DNA of 64,000 bases from NCBI GenBank assembly GCA_945878135.1, contig CAMDUL010000010.1, positions 10,022 through 74,021 on the forward strand, in the 5' to 3' direction. Below are positions 9,640-18,578 of the stretch, one piece after another. The position numbers and the translations under genes were made by a program. Position 1 is the stretch's first letter. Each line of letters begins with the position of its first letter. The stretch comes from Chthoniobacter flavus (GTDB lineage: Bacteria > Verrucomicrobiota > Verrucomicrobiia > Chthoniobacterales > JACTMZ01). The notes beneath the pieces were generated by a model. That model was not told where the DNA came from and made no database searches. It saw only the letters and a program-made list of their open reading frames with translations.

Positions 9640-10727
9640 AAAGCGGCCTCCCGGGCCGCGAGGGCCCCGTTTTCCTCGAGAATCTGACGGCTCATCTCGC
9701 GCGCGAAGCGGTCCGGGCTGCCGGTCATGGCCACGGTCAAAGCCTCGCGTCCTTCCGTCCCCAGATTCCAGAGCGCCTGCGCAGCGGAGAATCGCACCCA
9801 CCAGGAGCTGTCCCGCAGGGCATCGCTCAGCAGACCGGCATGCTTGACGGACCGCATCCGGCCGAGGGACTGCATGACAACATTGCGCACTTCCCAGGCA
9901 GGATCGCCGGCCAAGCGGGCCACGGCTTCGGCGGTGCCGTGGTCTCCGATCAGTCCGAGGGAACGAACCGCATTGAGGCGGACGCGGAAGTCAGAGCGTC
10001 CGAGCAGCGCGGTGATCGGTTCGACCGCTTCGTCGATGCGCAGGAGACCAAGAACGCGCACGGCCACATCGACCGCGCTGTCCGAGTAGGTCCCGTCTTC
10101 GTTTTCGAGAATCTCGAGCAGCGGGTCGGCGGCGGACGGACCGAAGAGGACAAGGACCTCGGCCACGCGGCGCTGGTTCATTTCACCCGGCAAATCGAAA
10201 GCGAGCATGATGTTGCGGATGGTGCGGTTTTCCCCGAGTGCGGCGAGCGAGCGGGCGGCGGCGAAGCGGACAGCGAGCACGGGGTCTTGCAGTGCGTCGA
10301 GGAGGGCCGGCACGGAAACCCCATCGCCGAGGTAGCCGAGTCGGCCGGCCGCTTGCAACCGGCGCTCCCAACGGCGGTTGTGCAGGGCGGCAGACTCCTT
10401 GGTCCGCAAGGGCAGGGAAGTGAAAAGAGTTTCCAATGGCGCGCGCTCGGCCGGCGGGAGGCGGTCCGAGATCTCCATGAGCAGATTGAGGGCGAGCGCA
10501 GGTTGCTCCTGCAGAATGGGCAGGGCCTTGGCCGCGTTGTCGCGTCCGGCCAGAAACGCGTGCACTGCCGGTTCGGCCCGGCGGCGGAACCGCTGGGTGC
10601 GGAGGGTTTCGGCCTGGGCGGCGAGGCGCACCAGCACGATGACGCCAAGGACGACCGCGCTCATGGCGGCGAGCACGAGAGCGATGTCGAAGGCAGTGCG
10701 CAGAAAGTCTGGTCCTAAAATGTCCAT
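9636..10727 (-). CDS. Membrane-anchored HEAT-repeat protein
   Basis: N-terminal TM; repeated motifs of the VRFAAARSL / VRLNAVRSLG / VRFSAAQAL type. Confidence 0.88.
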   Translation of the reverse strand: MDILGPDFLRTAFDIALVLAAMSAVVLGVIVLVRLAAQAETLRTQRFRRRAEPAVHAFLAGRDNAAKALPILQEQPALALNLLMEISDRLPPAERAPLETLFTSLPLRTKESAALHNRRWERRLQAAGRLGYLGDGVSVPALLDALQDPVLAVRFAAARSLAALGENRTIRNIMLAFDLPGEMNQRRVAEVLVLFGPSAADPLLEILENEDGTYSDSAVDVAVRVLGLLRIDEAVEPITALLGRSDFRVRLNAVRSLGLIGDHGTAEAVARLAGDPAWEVRNVVMQSLGRMRSVKHAGLLSDALRDSSWWVRFSAAQALWNLGTEGREALTVAMTGSPDRFAREMSRQILEENGALAAREAAL

Positions 10728-11596
10728 ACGGCTCCTATTGTCGGGGCCCACTGTTGGTAGAGCTCACCGGAGTTGTTTTCGCGCAGGCGGTAGACGTATT
10801 GCAGGCCGGCCACGAGGGCGAAGTCCGGCGTGATGGGCTGCCGGTAGAAGAGCGAGCCGATCCATGCGTTGGAAAGACTGGTCGCGCCGCTGCCGAACTC
10901 CAGATCCGGATCGGTGCCGTAGGCCAGGCCGACGGTCAGGCGTCCGCCGCCCGGCATATTCCAGAAATTCATGCTGCCGGCGTAGTAATTGTAGTTGTCG
11001 TCGTTGAACGCCCAGCCGTGCGCGTAGCGGAAGGTGAAAAATATGTCGTCGTTGAACCACCAGGAGAATCCGGGTTTGATCTGCTCGATTGACCCCTCGC
11101 CGAGCGGGGCGACGCTGGCGAAGTTCAGCTGCGTGTAGTCGAAGAGGAGAAGCAGGCGCGGGGCGACTTGGTATTCCAGTCCGCCGGAATAGATCTGGTT
11201 GGGCGAAAACTGCGGGTCCGCAGAGAAGGACAGTTTGGTGTGCACTTCGAGGTATTTGACCGGATACCAGGAGGCGATGGCGCTGTAGAGAATGTCGGTG
11301 CCCGAAGGAGGGCGCTGCAGGATGTCGATGCCGGTCCCGATGATGAGGTTGGGGTACGGCTGGTAGAGGACCTCGGTGTAGATTTGCTGCCAGGCGCTGC
11401 GTCCGTCGTTGAATCCGGTGATGGTGTAAAGAGGCACGATGGTCCACCGTCGGAACGGTTTCCCTTCCCGCACTTCGACCGCCTGCTCCAAGATCACCTC
11501 TTGGTTGAGCAGGGCGGCAGCGTCGTTCATCTGACCGGATGCGGTCGTCAGGACGCCGGAAGCAAGAAGGAGCAGCGCGGCCGTGGGGGCTCTCAT
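10715..11596 (-). CDS. YaiO-like outer-membrane beta-barrel protein
   Basis: Signal peptide, alternating aromatic beta strands, C-terminal ...IGAVWTF; context next to GT2/HEAT genes. Confidence 0.7.
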   Translation of the reverse strand: MRAPTAALLLLASGVLTTASGQMNDAAALLNQEVILEQAVEVREGKPFRRWTIVPLYTITGFNDGRSAWQQIYTEVLYQPYPNLIIGTGIDILQRPPSGTDILYSAIASWYPVKYLEVHTKLSFSADPQFSPNQIYSGGLEYQVAPRLLLLFDYTQLNFASVAPLGEGSIEQIKPGFSWWFNDDIFFTFRYAHGWAFNDDNYNYYAGSMNFWNMPGGGRLTVGLAYGTDPDLEFGSGATSLSNAWIGSLFYRQPITPDFALVAGLQYVYRLRENNSGELYQQWAPTIGAVWTF

Positions 11597-12579
11597 GCGG
11601 CCCGCCTTTCCGAAGTCTCGCGGGCGCACCCGAGCAGATCGTCGATTGTTTGCTCGAGGTTCCAGTGCGGACGGAACCCGGTGAGTGCTTCCAATCTTTC
11701 CGTCACCGGATGGCGCTGCGTGATCTGGTCGAATTGCGCGCCGTAAGCTTGGGCAAAAGGTACGAACTCGATTTCCGAGCGGCTGCCGGTGCGTTCGATG
11801 ACCATGCGGGCAAGGTCGACGATGCGCGTCTCGCGATCGTTGCCGACATTGACCGGCTGTCCGGCCGCGGCCGCATTGCCTGCGAGGAGGTCGATGGCTG
11901 CGATAGTGTCGCGCACGTCGCAGAAGGAACGGGTCTGCGTCCCGTCACCGAAGACGGTGAGCGGTTCGCCGGCCAAGGCCTGCTTGATGAAACGCGGCAG
12001 GACGAACCCGTAATTGGGCGACTGGCGGGGTCCCACCGCATTGAAAAGACGGGGGATGGTCACCTGCAGACCGTGCTCCTGGCGGTAGGCCATGGCTTGG
12101 ATTTCATTGCTCAGCTTGCTCAGGGCGTAGCCGGTCAGTCCGCCTTCCCGCGGCAGGTAGACCAATTCGTCATCTTCCCGCAGGTCCCGGCTGCGGCTGT
12201 GGCTGTAGACCGAGGAGCTCGAGGCAATGACCACCTGCGGGCGGTGCGCACACGTGGCGATTGTTTCGAGCAACCGTTCGGTTGCGCAGACATTCACTTG
12301 CGTCACGCGCACCGGTTCGCGCAGCACGCGAAACATGCCGACCACGGCGGCCAGATGGTAGACGCGGTCCGCGGCCTCCGCCGCTCCGGCCAATCCCTCC
12401 CAGTCCATGAGATCCGCCTCGACGAGACAAAAGCGGGCATTGCTCTCGAAGGCGGCGATGTTGTCCCGGTGGCCCGTGCTCAGATCATCGATGGCCGTGA
12501 CATGGTCCCCCCGGTTCAAATGTTTCTCGACGACGTGGGACCCGATGAAGCCGGCGCCGCCGGTGACCAAGATATTCAT
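11593..12579 (-). CDS. NAD-dependent nucleotide-sugar epimerase/dehydratase
   Basis: MNILVTGGAGFIGSH, HLAA, ASSSSVY, YALSK, FGDGTQTRSF. Confidence 0.93.
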   Translation of the reverse strand: MNILVTGGAGFIGSHVVEKHLNRGDHVTAIDDLSTGHRDNIAAFESNARFCLVEADLMDWEGLAGAAEAADRVYHLAAVVGMFRVLREPVRVTQVNVCATERLLETIATCAHRPQVVIASSSSVYSHSRSRDLREDDELVYLPREGGLTGYALSKLSNEIQAMAYRQEHGLQVTIPRLFNAVGPRQSPNYGFVLPRFIKQALAGEPLTVFGDGTQTRSFCDVRDTIAAIDLLAGNAAAAGQPVNVGNDRETRIVDLARMVIERTGSRSEIEFVPFAQAYGAQFDQITQRHPVTERLEALTGFRPHWNLEQTIDDLLGCARETSERRAA

Positions 12580-12798
12580 TCGGCGGAGAGAGGTTGTTGT
12601 CCCACTCCGCGGAGGTGAGCAGGGCGCGATGTGGTGTGCTTGTCGAGTGGAGTTGTGCTGTGGCGTGTTTCCATATGGCAAAGCCAATCTAATCTCCCGT
12701 CTCCGCCCGCCACTATGGGGTGAGTTGCCCATGCCGTGGCCCGTCGTTTCACCATCGCGAACACAGGGTTGCGGTCCGCCCTTTGCATCCGCCGACTG

Positions 12799-13473
12799 TC
12801 AGCGTTTGGCGGGTGCGCCGGCGCCCGGTGCGCGTGCCGCCTCCGTGTTTTCTTCCGCGATCCGGCGGGTTTGCATGGCGAGGAGGTAGGAATCGTAGCG
12901 GGGGCGGATAAAAACCCACTCCCACCAGCGCTCGAGTGAACTTGCGCGTTCGATCCCGTTGCCCCAGTTGTTGAGTACCCACCACTCGTTCCCCTCGGGC
13001 ACAGCCAGCACGGAATGCCGCGTGCGGCCGCCGTCCTGCGGCACATCGGCCAGGGCGACGAATGTCCGGCTCGCGCTGAATCCGGATTGCTCGAGGCGGT
13101 GCTTTTTGGTCAGCGCATAATCTTCGCAGTCGCCGTAGCGCGCCGGTCTCATCCCGGCCACGAGTGGGTGCCGCACGGGCGGTTCGGTCACAGGCCGGTC
13201 GAACACGCCGTAATTGGCCCTGTCGGACAGATAGCGGATGTCGCGATTGACCGCACTGTTCACCCGGCGTAGGAGTCGCCACTCCTCCCGGGTCAGGCGG
13301 GGGAAGGTTGCCTTGCCCAGGTGGTCGACTTGCGCGGCATTGACCAGTCCCCGGTAGTCTGCAGTCCGTCCTTTCGGTTGAATGTAAGTGCCCGCCGGCG
13401 CGTCGGCCGAAGGAAGGCGGCAAGCAACCAGCGAAGCGACTGCCGCGAGACAGGAAATGGCAAATGCTTTCAT
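12799..13473 (-). CDS. Transglutaminase-like cysteine peptidase (C93/LapG-like), probable lipoprotein
   Basis: GDCEDYALTK, HSVLAV, WVLNN; lipobox LVAC. Confidence 0.85.
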   Translation of the reverse strand: MKAFAISCLAAVASLVACRLPSADAPAGTYIQPKGRTADYRGLVNAAQVDHLGKATFPRLTREEWRLLRRVNSAVNRDIRYLSDRANYGVFDRPVTEPPVRHPLVAGMRPARYGDCEDYALTKKHRLEQSGFSASRTFVALADVPQDGGRTRHSVLAVPEGNEWWVLNNWGNGIERASSLERWWEWVFIRPRYDSYLLAMQTRRIAEENTEAARAPGAGAPAKR

Positions 13474-13609
13474 TGCCGCCCAGCGTGCGGCCGGGGCATG
13501 GCGCGGACTATGGGGACATGACCGGCAGGTCAACGACCACGGGCACAACACCCCATATTCACATTCTTCGCTGCGTTTACATTGGGCATCGAATCAAACA
13601 CACCAACTC

Positions 13610-14119
13610 ATGAATAAACGCACCATCATACTTCCCGCTCTCGCCTGCGCCGCGGCGGTTGCTTTCCCCGGATTCGTCACCGCCCAGGAGCATCCCGCCC
13701 CGCCGGCCGCGTCCGGAAATCTTGCCACCGTGGCCTCCGCCAACCCGGACTTCACCACCCTGGTCGCCGCCCTGCGCGCGGCGGATCTGGTCGCCACGTT
13801 GCAAGGCAAGGGACCATTCACCGTTTTCGCACCGAACAACGCCGCCTTTGCCAAATTGCCGCCCGGAGCGCTCGATGACCTGATGAAGCCGGAGAACAAA
13901 AAGAAGCTGGCCGCAATCCTGAAAAACCACGTGGCTGCCGGAAAAATCATGGCAGCGGAGATCAAAGACACGCGGTTGCCGATGCTCAATGGCGACCGGG
14001 TCGAGATCGCGGTGGAAAACGGCAACGTCGGCTTCGGTGGTGCCAAGGTCCTGCGCACCGACATTTCCGCCTCGAATGGCGTGATCCACGTGATCGATAC
14101 CGTGGTCATGCCCGACTGA
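13610..14119 (+). CDS. Fasciclin (FAS1) domain protein
   Basis: Signal peptide; FTTLVAAL, GPFTVFAPNNAAF, SNGVIHVIDTV. Confidence 0.93.
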   Translation: MNKRTIILPALACAAAVAFPGFVTAQEHPAPPAASGNLATVASANPDFTTLVAALRAADLVATLQGKGPFTVFAPNNAAFAKLPPGALDDLMKPENKKKLAAILKNHVAAGKIMAAEIKDTRLPMLNGDRVEIAVENGNVGFGGAKVLRTDISASNGVIHVIDTVVMPD

Positions 14120-14315
14120 ATTTGTGCATGGGCGCGCGGTCAACTTGCACTCGCAAGCCAAACCGCGTTTGCACAGGGCCATCCCGCGGTGGGGCGGGAT
14201 GGCCCAACTTTTTTCCAGGCAGTGGAGGCAAGGTGGCGCTTGTGTTCTCCAGACGACAAAAGACTCCGCACAAGGCCCCATGGTCGCGCGCGCGAAGCAG
14301 AGGCATGGTGGGGCT

Positions 14316-14609
14316 ATGAAGACCATGATGACGTGGGGGGCGGTCTTGACCGTTCTGCTCGCGGCTTGCGCGACGGTCCCGATCGACGGCGAAGCGGTGG
14401 AATGCGATGCGTGCCGGACGATCTGGATCCGCCTTTTTGAATCGAGCGGCGCGCCGGGCATTTATCGCCTGAATCACGAGGAGAAGCGCCGGCCGTGTGC
14501 GAACTGCGGCAAGCTCGCCATGCGTTACTTCGAGACCGGTGAGCTGCCCGGGCGCTGTCCGCAATGCGGCGGGAATCTTGCGCCCCGCCCGGTCAATGTA
14601 ACGCGCTGA
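14316..14609 (+). CDS. Small lipoprotein with three CxxC motifs
   Basis: Lipobox LLAAC; CDAC, CANC, CPQC. Confidence 0.7.
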   Translation: MKTMMTWGAVLTVLLAACATVPIDGEAVECDACRTIWIRLFESSGAPGIYRLNHEEKRRPCANCGKLAMRYFETGELPGRCPQCGGNLAPRPVNVTR

Positions 14610-14702
14610 GGCTACCGGGCCTTGTCCCGTGGGCACTTCACCGCATGGCGGGCTCCGGGCCGTGGCGCGATGCTTTCCCCGTCAATCAAATCAAAACACA
14701 TC

Positions 14703-15311
14703 ATGGAAAACTTCCGCTACCTCGTTGCCTTGTTGCTCGTCACCCTTGTCCCGGCCACCTTCTTCTACTGGCTGCTGCTTCATGCCTTGCTGCCCGTGTG
14801 GCGGCGGCTCGGCATCTCTGCTTCGCAGTATTTGCTCTGGGCCGCGGTCACTGCGATGGCTCTCCTCCTCTTCGCCTGTCGCGACGAGTTGCTGGGGAAC
14901 GCCTACGGGTTCCAGCCTTTGCTCGCTGCGGTCGGCATCGTTTTGCTGGCCGGGGCCATTGTCTTTCGCTTGCAGATCGAACGCCATTTGCCCTGGCGGG
15001 TGCAGCTCGGCTTGCCCGAGATCGATCCCTCGGGCCACCCGCAGCGGCTGGTCACCGACGGACCTTACGCCCACACCCGGCATCCGCGCTACGTGCAGGT
15101 GCTCCTTGCCTTGGCGGGTTGGGCCCTGCTGGCCAATTACCCGGCAGGATATCTTGCGGCGCTGCTCTGGATTCCTTTCCTCTTTGTCATCGTGCGCCTC
15201 GAGGAACCGGAGTTGCGCCGGCGTTTCGGCATGGAGTATGCCGACTACGAGCACCGCGTGGCGCGCTTCTGGCCGCAGACGCCCGCGTCCAATCACCGCG
15301 TCAAAGCCTGA
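14703..15311 (+). CDS. Isoprenylcysteine carboxyl methyltransferase / PEMT family membrane protein
   Basis: LVTDGPYAHTRHPRY, EEPELRRRFG.EY.DY; multiple TM segments. Confidence 0.88.
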   Translation: MENFRYLVALLLVTLVPATFFYWLLLHALLPVWRRLGISASQYLLWAAVTAMALLLFACRDELLGNAYGFQPLLAAVGIVLLAGAIVFRLQIERHLPWRVQLGLPEIDPSGHPQRLVTDGPYAHTRHPRYVQVLLALAGWALLANYPAGYLAALLWIPFLFVIVRLEEPELRRRFGMEYADYEHRVARFWPQTPASNHRVKA

Positions 15312-15321
15312 GCAAAGAGCC

Positions 15322-15687
15322 ATGAACACGCACCATCCGGCGATTGGCAACCTGCTGCGCTCGCATTCCGGCATCCGGCGGGGCGGACTGCGGGAAATCC
15401 TCGAAATGATCGACGGCGAGATCGGCCTGCCCGTTCCCGCGGCCCGATTCCGTGCCGATTTCGTGCCGACGGCCGCGCGTTGGGACGGACCCTCGCGCAC
15501 GGTCCATCTCTACGAAATCAGTTCGGGCCAGTCCTTTCCGGACGGCACCTTCGATGCCATCCGCGATTTTGCCGAACGCTTGCACGAAGGCACGGGCTGT
15601 TTCACCGCCATGTGGATCGCCGACGGCGATGGTAACGATCCGATGAAGGTCTGGGACGTGAGGGACGAGTTGATTTGGGCCAGATAA
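15322..15687 (+). CDS. Hypothetical protein
   Basis: 121-aa ORF directly after the ICMT gene, with protein-like composition. Confidence 0.6.
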   Translation: MNTHHPAIGNLLRSHSGIRRGGLREILEMIDGEIGLPVPAARFRADFVPTAARWDGPSRTVHLYEISSGQSFPDGTFDAIRDFAERLHEGTGCFTAMWIADGDGNDPMKVWDVRDELIWAR

Positions 15688-15750
15688 AGGAAGGCTGAAA
15701 GCTGAAGCTTGAGCGTGAGTTATGCCGGAACCTCATGGCAACAAATGCAC

Positions 15751-15774
15751 CGACGCTCACAGAGCGCCGCTACA
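15751..15774 (-). repeat. GTAG-type REP, family 1
   Basis: Minus strand TGTAG-CGGCGCTC-TGT-GAGCGTCG; same pattern at 27813, 27851, 42383 and 43217. Confidence 0.8.
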
Positions 15775-16636
15775 AATGTGTCGCTGTGCCGGTGTGGTTC
15801 GCCAGCGCGAGGCGGCGGGCGCGTTGGCGGAGGTAGGAGCGGGCGCGGCGGGCGCGGGCCATCACGATGTCGGGGCTGCCGTCGCCGGCCAGTTCGAGGA
15901 TGAGGGCGCCGGTGAAGTTCACGGCGGCCAATTCCTTGAGCAACGCGGTCCAGTCGATGCGTCCGTCGCCCGGCGGAAGATGGTCGTCGCCGTGGCCCTT
16001 GTTGTCATGGACGTGGAGCAACCGCAGATACGGGGCCATTTTGCAGACGAGCGCGAAAAGGTCCCCGGCGAGATGGGCGTGGCCGGTGTCGAGGCACGCG
16101 CCGACGCGGTTGCCTTTGAGGCAGGCGAGGATCCAGAGGAGGTCGGCGGACTGTCCGAACATGAGGTGCGGCAGTTTGTTTTCCAGCACGCATTGGATGC
16201 CGACCTCGCCGCAGCGCGCGGCCACGCGGTCGAGGACGCCGCAGACGTTCTCGATGCGCAGCAGGCGTTCCTCGCGCGAGGGAATGTCCGAGTTCTCGGG
16301 TCCAGGATGGATGACGAAATAATGCACGCCGAGCAGGGCGGCGGCGTCGATGGCGGGCAGGATGGCCTCGAAGGCTCGTTGGCGGGTGGCGGCGTCGGGT
16401 GAGGAGATGTCGATGTCGTCGGCAAACGGCGCGTGGAACGAGTAGGCTTCCATACCGAGCGTGTCGATGCGCGCCGCGGCCTCCTGGACGCGCGCGGGGT
16501 TTTTGTAGTCCAAGTGCGGCGACGAGAACACAACCTCGATCATGCTGAAGCCGCTGGCGCGGATGGTCTCGAGCCGGTCGATCAGCGGCTCAGTGTAGAA
16601 GCAACCGGTCGACAATCCGATGGGCCAGTTGGTCAT
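15770..16636 (-). CDS. Xylose-isomerase/AP endonuclease 2 (endonuclease IV-like) TIM barrel protein
   Basis: FHAPF, IHPG, LENK, CLDTGHA, LHVHDN, DDHLPPGDG, ILE metal-ligand pattern. Confidence 0.85.
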   Translation of the reverse strand: MTNWPIGLSTGCFYTEPLIDRLETIRASGFSMIEVVFSSPHLDYKNPARVQEAAARIDTLGMEAYSFHAPFADDIDISSPDAATRQRAFEAILPAIDAAALLGVHYFVIHPGPENSDIPSREERLLRIENVCGVLDRVAARCGEVGIQCVLENKLPHLMFGQSADLLWILACLKGNRVGACLDTGHAHLAGDLFALVCKMAPYLRLLHVHDNKGHGDDHLPPGDGRIDWTALLKELAAVNFTGALILELAGDGSPDIVMARARRARSYLRQRARRLALANHTGTATHL

Positions 16637-17994
16637 AGCTCGACGGCTGCGAGTGGCGAGGGCACGGCGCACGGCGGATGGGTTTCGGCGCCGCGGATTT
16701 CCTCCGCCTCGGTGGCGACGGAGGTGCGTTGTCCGGCGAAGATGCGGGTGTAGTAGTCGGCACGCAGAGCCGGGGAATAATCTTTCCATTCCGCGCCCCA
16801 TCCGTAATCACGTTCGAATTTCGAGCGGATCAGCCCGGCGATGTGGCGCGGATGCCAGCCGCGGTCGAGCAGGGAATTGGTGACCCGCTGCATGCCGACC
16901 GGGCGCAGGAGGAGATCATTGGGATGGCGCAGTGCCTCCCGCGCGCCGGCCGGCAGAATGTCCAGCGGCGTGTGGTCGTAGGTTTCCGGCCAGCGGTGGG
17001 GATCGTCGTGCCGGGCGGTATGGAAAAAGTCGTGGAAGGCCTTGAGTCCGGATCCGAGGTAGTGGTGCAGCAGGTGTTCCGTGCCCGTGGTGTGATCGGG
17101 AATGACCGCCGTGGCGTCGCGGGCCGCTTCGGCGGCCAGCGCCGGGTTGCGCATCGCGGCGAGGCCGTGCCGCAGGTCGGTGCCGTCGAGAGTGACGAAA
17201 ATGATCGGTCCGATGCGCGGCAGGTTGTCCGTGCCGATGGCTTGCGGTTGTTGCCATGGCTTGAGGTAGCCGCTGAAGGGCACACGGATGGTGCGCATGG
17301 GCAGGGGATCGGCGTATTCGGAGAGGTCGAGCGAGATCATTTCCCTTCCGCGCCGCGAGGGCGGCGGTTCGACGGCCGTCATTTCGACGGGAATGACCGT
17401 GTCGCGATCGGCCAACTGCATGACAAGGCGGGCGACGAATTCCATGAGGAGCCCGAGTCCGGCGAAAGCGCAGGTGATGGACGGTGCGTCGAGTCCGTCG
17501 CGCCGGCGGACGAGCAGGGAGTCATGAAGCTGGGCGGCCCGGCCCGATTCGGCCAGGCGGGCGAAAACACTCGAGGCGCGGCTGATGCGCCAGACGAAAT
17601 GGTGTCCGCGTCCGCTGAGGATATGCAACGGTTCGATCCCGTAGTGCGCGAGCACACGGCGCAAGGCCATCTCGACCGGTTCCTGCAGGGCGAAGGCCCG
17701 GGCGGGGTCGAGGTAGGCGTCCGCCGGGAAGTCGAAATTCACATACTCGATATCGACGTGGGCGAGAAGTGAGTCGCGGTCGGCCAGCGAGCGGCAGATG
17801 TCGCGTCCGGCTTCGAGTTGGGGCGCGAGTTCCCAAGGCAGGAGCGGCTCGCGCTCGGCGGCGCGGGTGTTGTCCGCGGTGATGTATTCCGCGGTGAAGT
17901 CGCCCGCGGCGTCCGCCCCGAGGAATTCCAGCATGCGCGCGCGCACGGCAGGCTGGCGGTAGTAGTCGCGAAGGGTGTCGGTGATATCGGGCAC
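16633..17994 (-). CDS. Hypothetical protein with archaeo-eukaryotic primase (AEP/Prim-Pol)-like motifs
   Basis: HVDIEY (motif I DxE), SGRGHH (motif II), LDLSEY...RTIRVPFS (motif III plus RxxRxPxS); GTG start chosen by eye. Confidence 0.65.
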   Translation of the reverse strand: MPDITDTLRDYYRQPAVRARMLEFLGADAAGDFTAEYITADNTRAAEREPLLPWELAPQLEAGRDICRSLADRDSLLAHVDIEYVNFDFPADAYLDPARAFALQEPVEMALRRVLAHYGIEPLHILSGRGHHFVWRISRASSVFARLAESGRAAQLHDSLLVRRRDGLDAPSITCAFAGLGLLMEFVARLVMQLADRDTVIPVEMTAVEPPPSRRGREMISLDLSEYADPLPMRTIRVPFSGYLKPWQQPQAIGTDNLPRIGPIIFVTLDGTDLRHGLAAMRNPALAAEAARDATAVIPDHTTGTEHLLHHYLGSGLKAFHDFFHTARHDDPHRWPETYDHTPLDILPAGAREALRHPNDLLLRPVGMQRVTNSLLDRGWHPRHIAGLIRSKFERDYGWGAEWKDYSPALRADYYTRIFAGQRTSVATEAEEIRGAETHPPCAVPSPLAAVEL

Positions 17995-18082
17995 GACATG
18001 AGGGAACACCAGGCGCGGTGATCGTGAAATGGGGTATACTGCCCGCTGCACGCCTCCGGCGCGGGTGGCAGAATTGTCCACG

Positions 18083-18304
18083 GTGAAGACTCCGGCTATT
18101 CCGCCAAAGTTCCGTTCCGCGTTGATCGCTTCCGCGGACGGCTCGCCGGGCCGCTACAAAGTGCGGTTGCCCCACGGCCACACGGTTTACGAGGTGCGGA
18201 TCGACGGAGAGGGCAATGTCGTATGGGTGGACGGCCGCAAGGTGCATGGCAATGCGGAGCTCGGCTTCCGCATCGAGGACGCGCTCGGGATCGAGGCATA
18301 CTGA
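18083..18304 (+). CDS. Small hypothetical protein
   Basis: 73-aa ORF with beta-rich composition, divergent from the AEP-like gene. Confidence 0.5.
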   Translation: MKTPAIPPKFRSALIASADGSPGRYKVRLPHGHTVYEVRIDGEGNVVWVDGRKVHGNAELGFRIEDALGIEAY

Positions 18305-18520
18305 CGACTCCGGGCGGGCCGGTCATTGTTTGGCATTCCGGAAGAGACCGCCCGCCTGCTCATGACTATTCATGAAGGCGCATGGCTCGGGCGCGGCCCC
18401 AAAGTCTACTATACCTTGATCATGGGGTGCGGTCTGCTCGCCTTGGGAATCTTCGGCCTTCTCTTGCGGCGCAAACGGCATTGGTGGCGCGGCTCTTTCG
18501 CGTCTTGGGTGGGACTTTGA
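18305..18520 (+). pseudogene. Probable N-truncated PepSY-associated TM helix protein
   Basis: AGRSLFGIPEETARLLMTIHEGAWLG...YYTLIMGCGLLALGIFGL resembles the C-terminal half of PepSY-TM proteins; no first TM helix or strong start. Confidence 0.45.
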
Positions 18521-18578
18521 CCCGATGGATGCAGAAAGAGTTTGACGGTGCAAGTCGGGCGCTTAGCTTGAGGCGGTG

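Noticed and set aside
14316-14609. Multiheme cytochrome c
   Set aside because: None of the CxxC motifs is followed by His
18083-18520. Same-frame ORFs separated by one TGA as a readthrough fusion
   Set aside because: The halves look unrelated (soluble beta protein versus PepSY-TM fragment); chance frame match after a deletion is simpler
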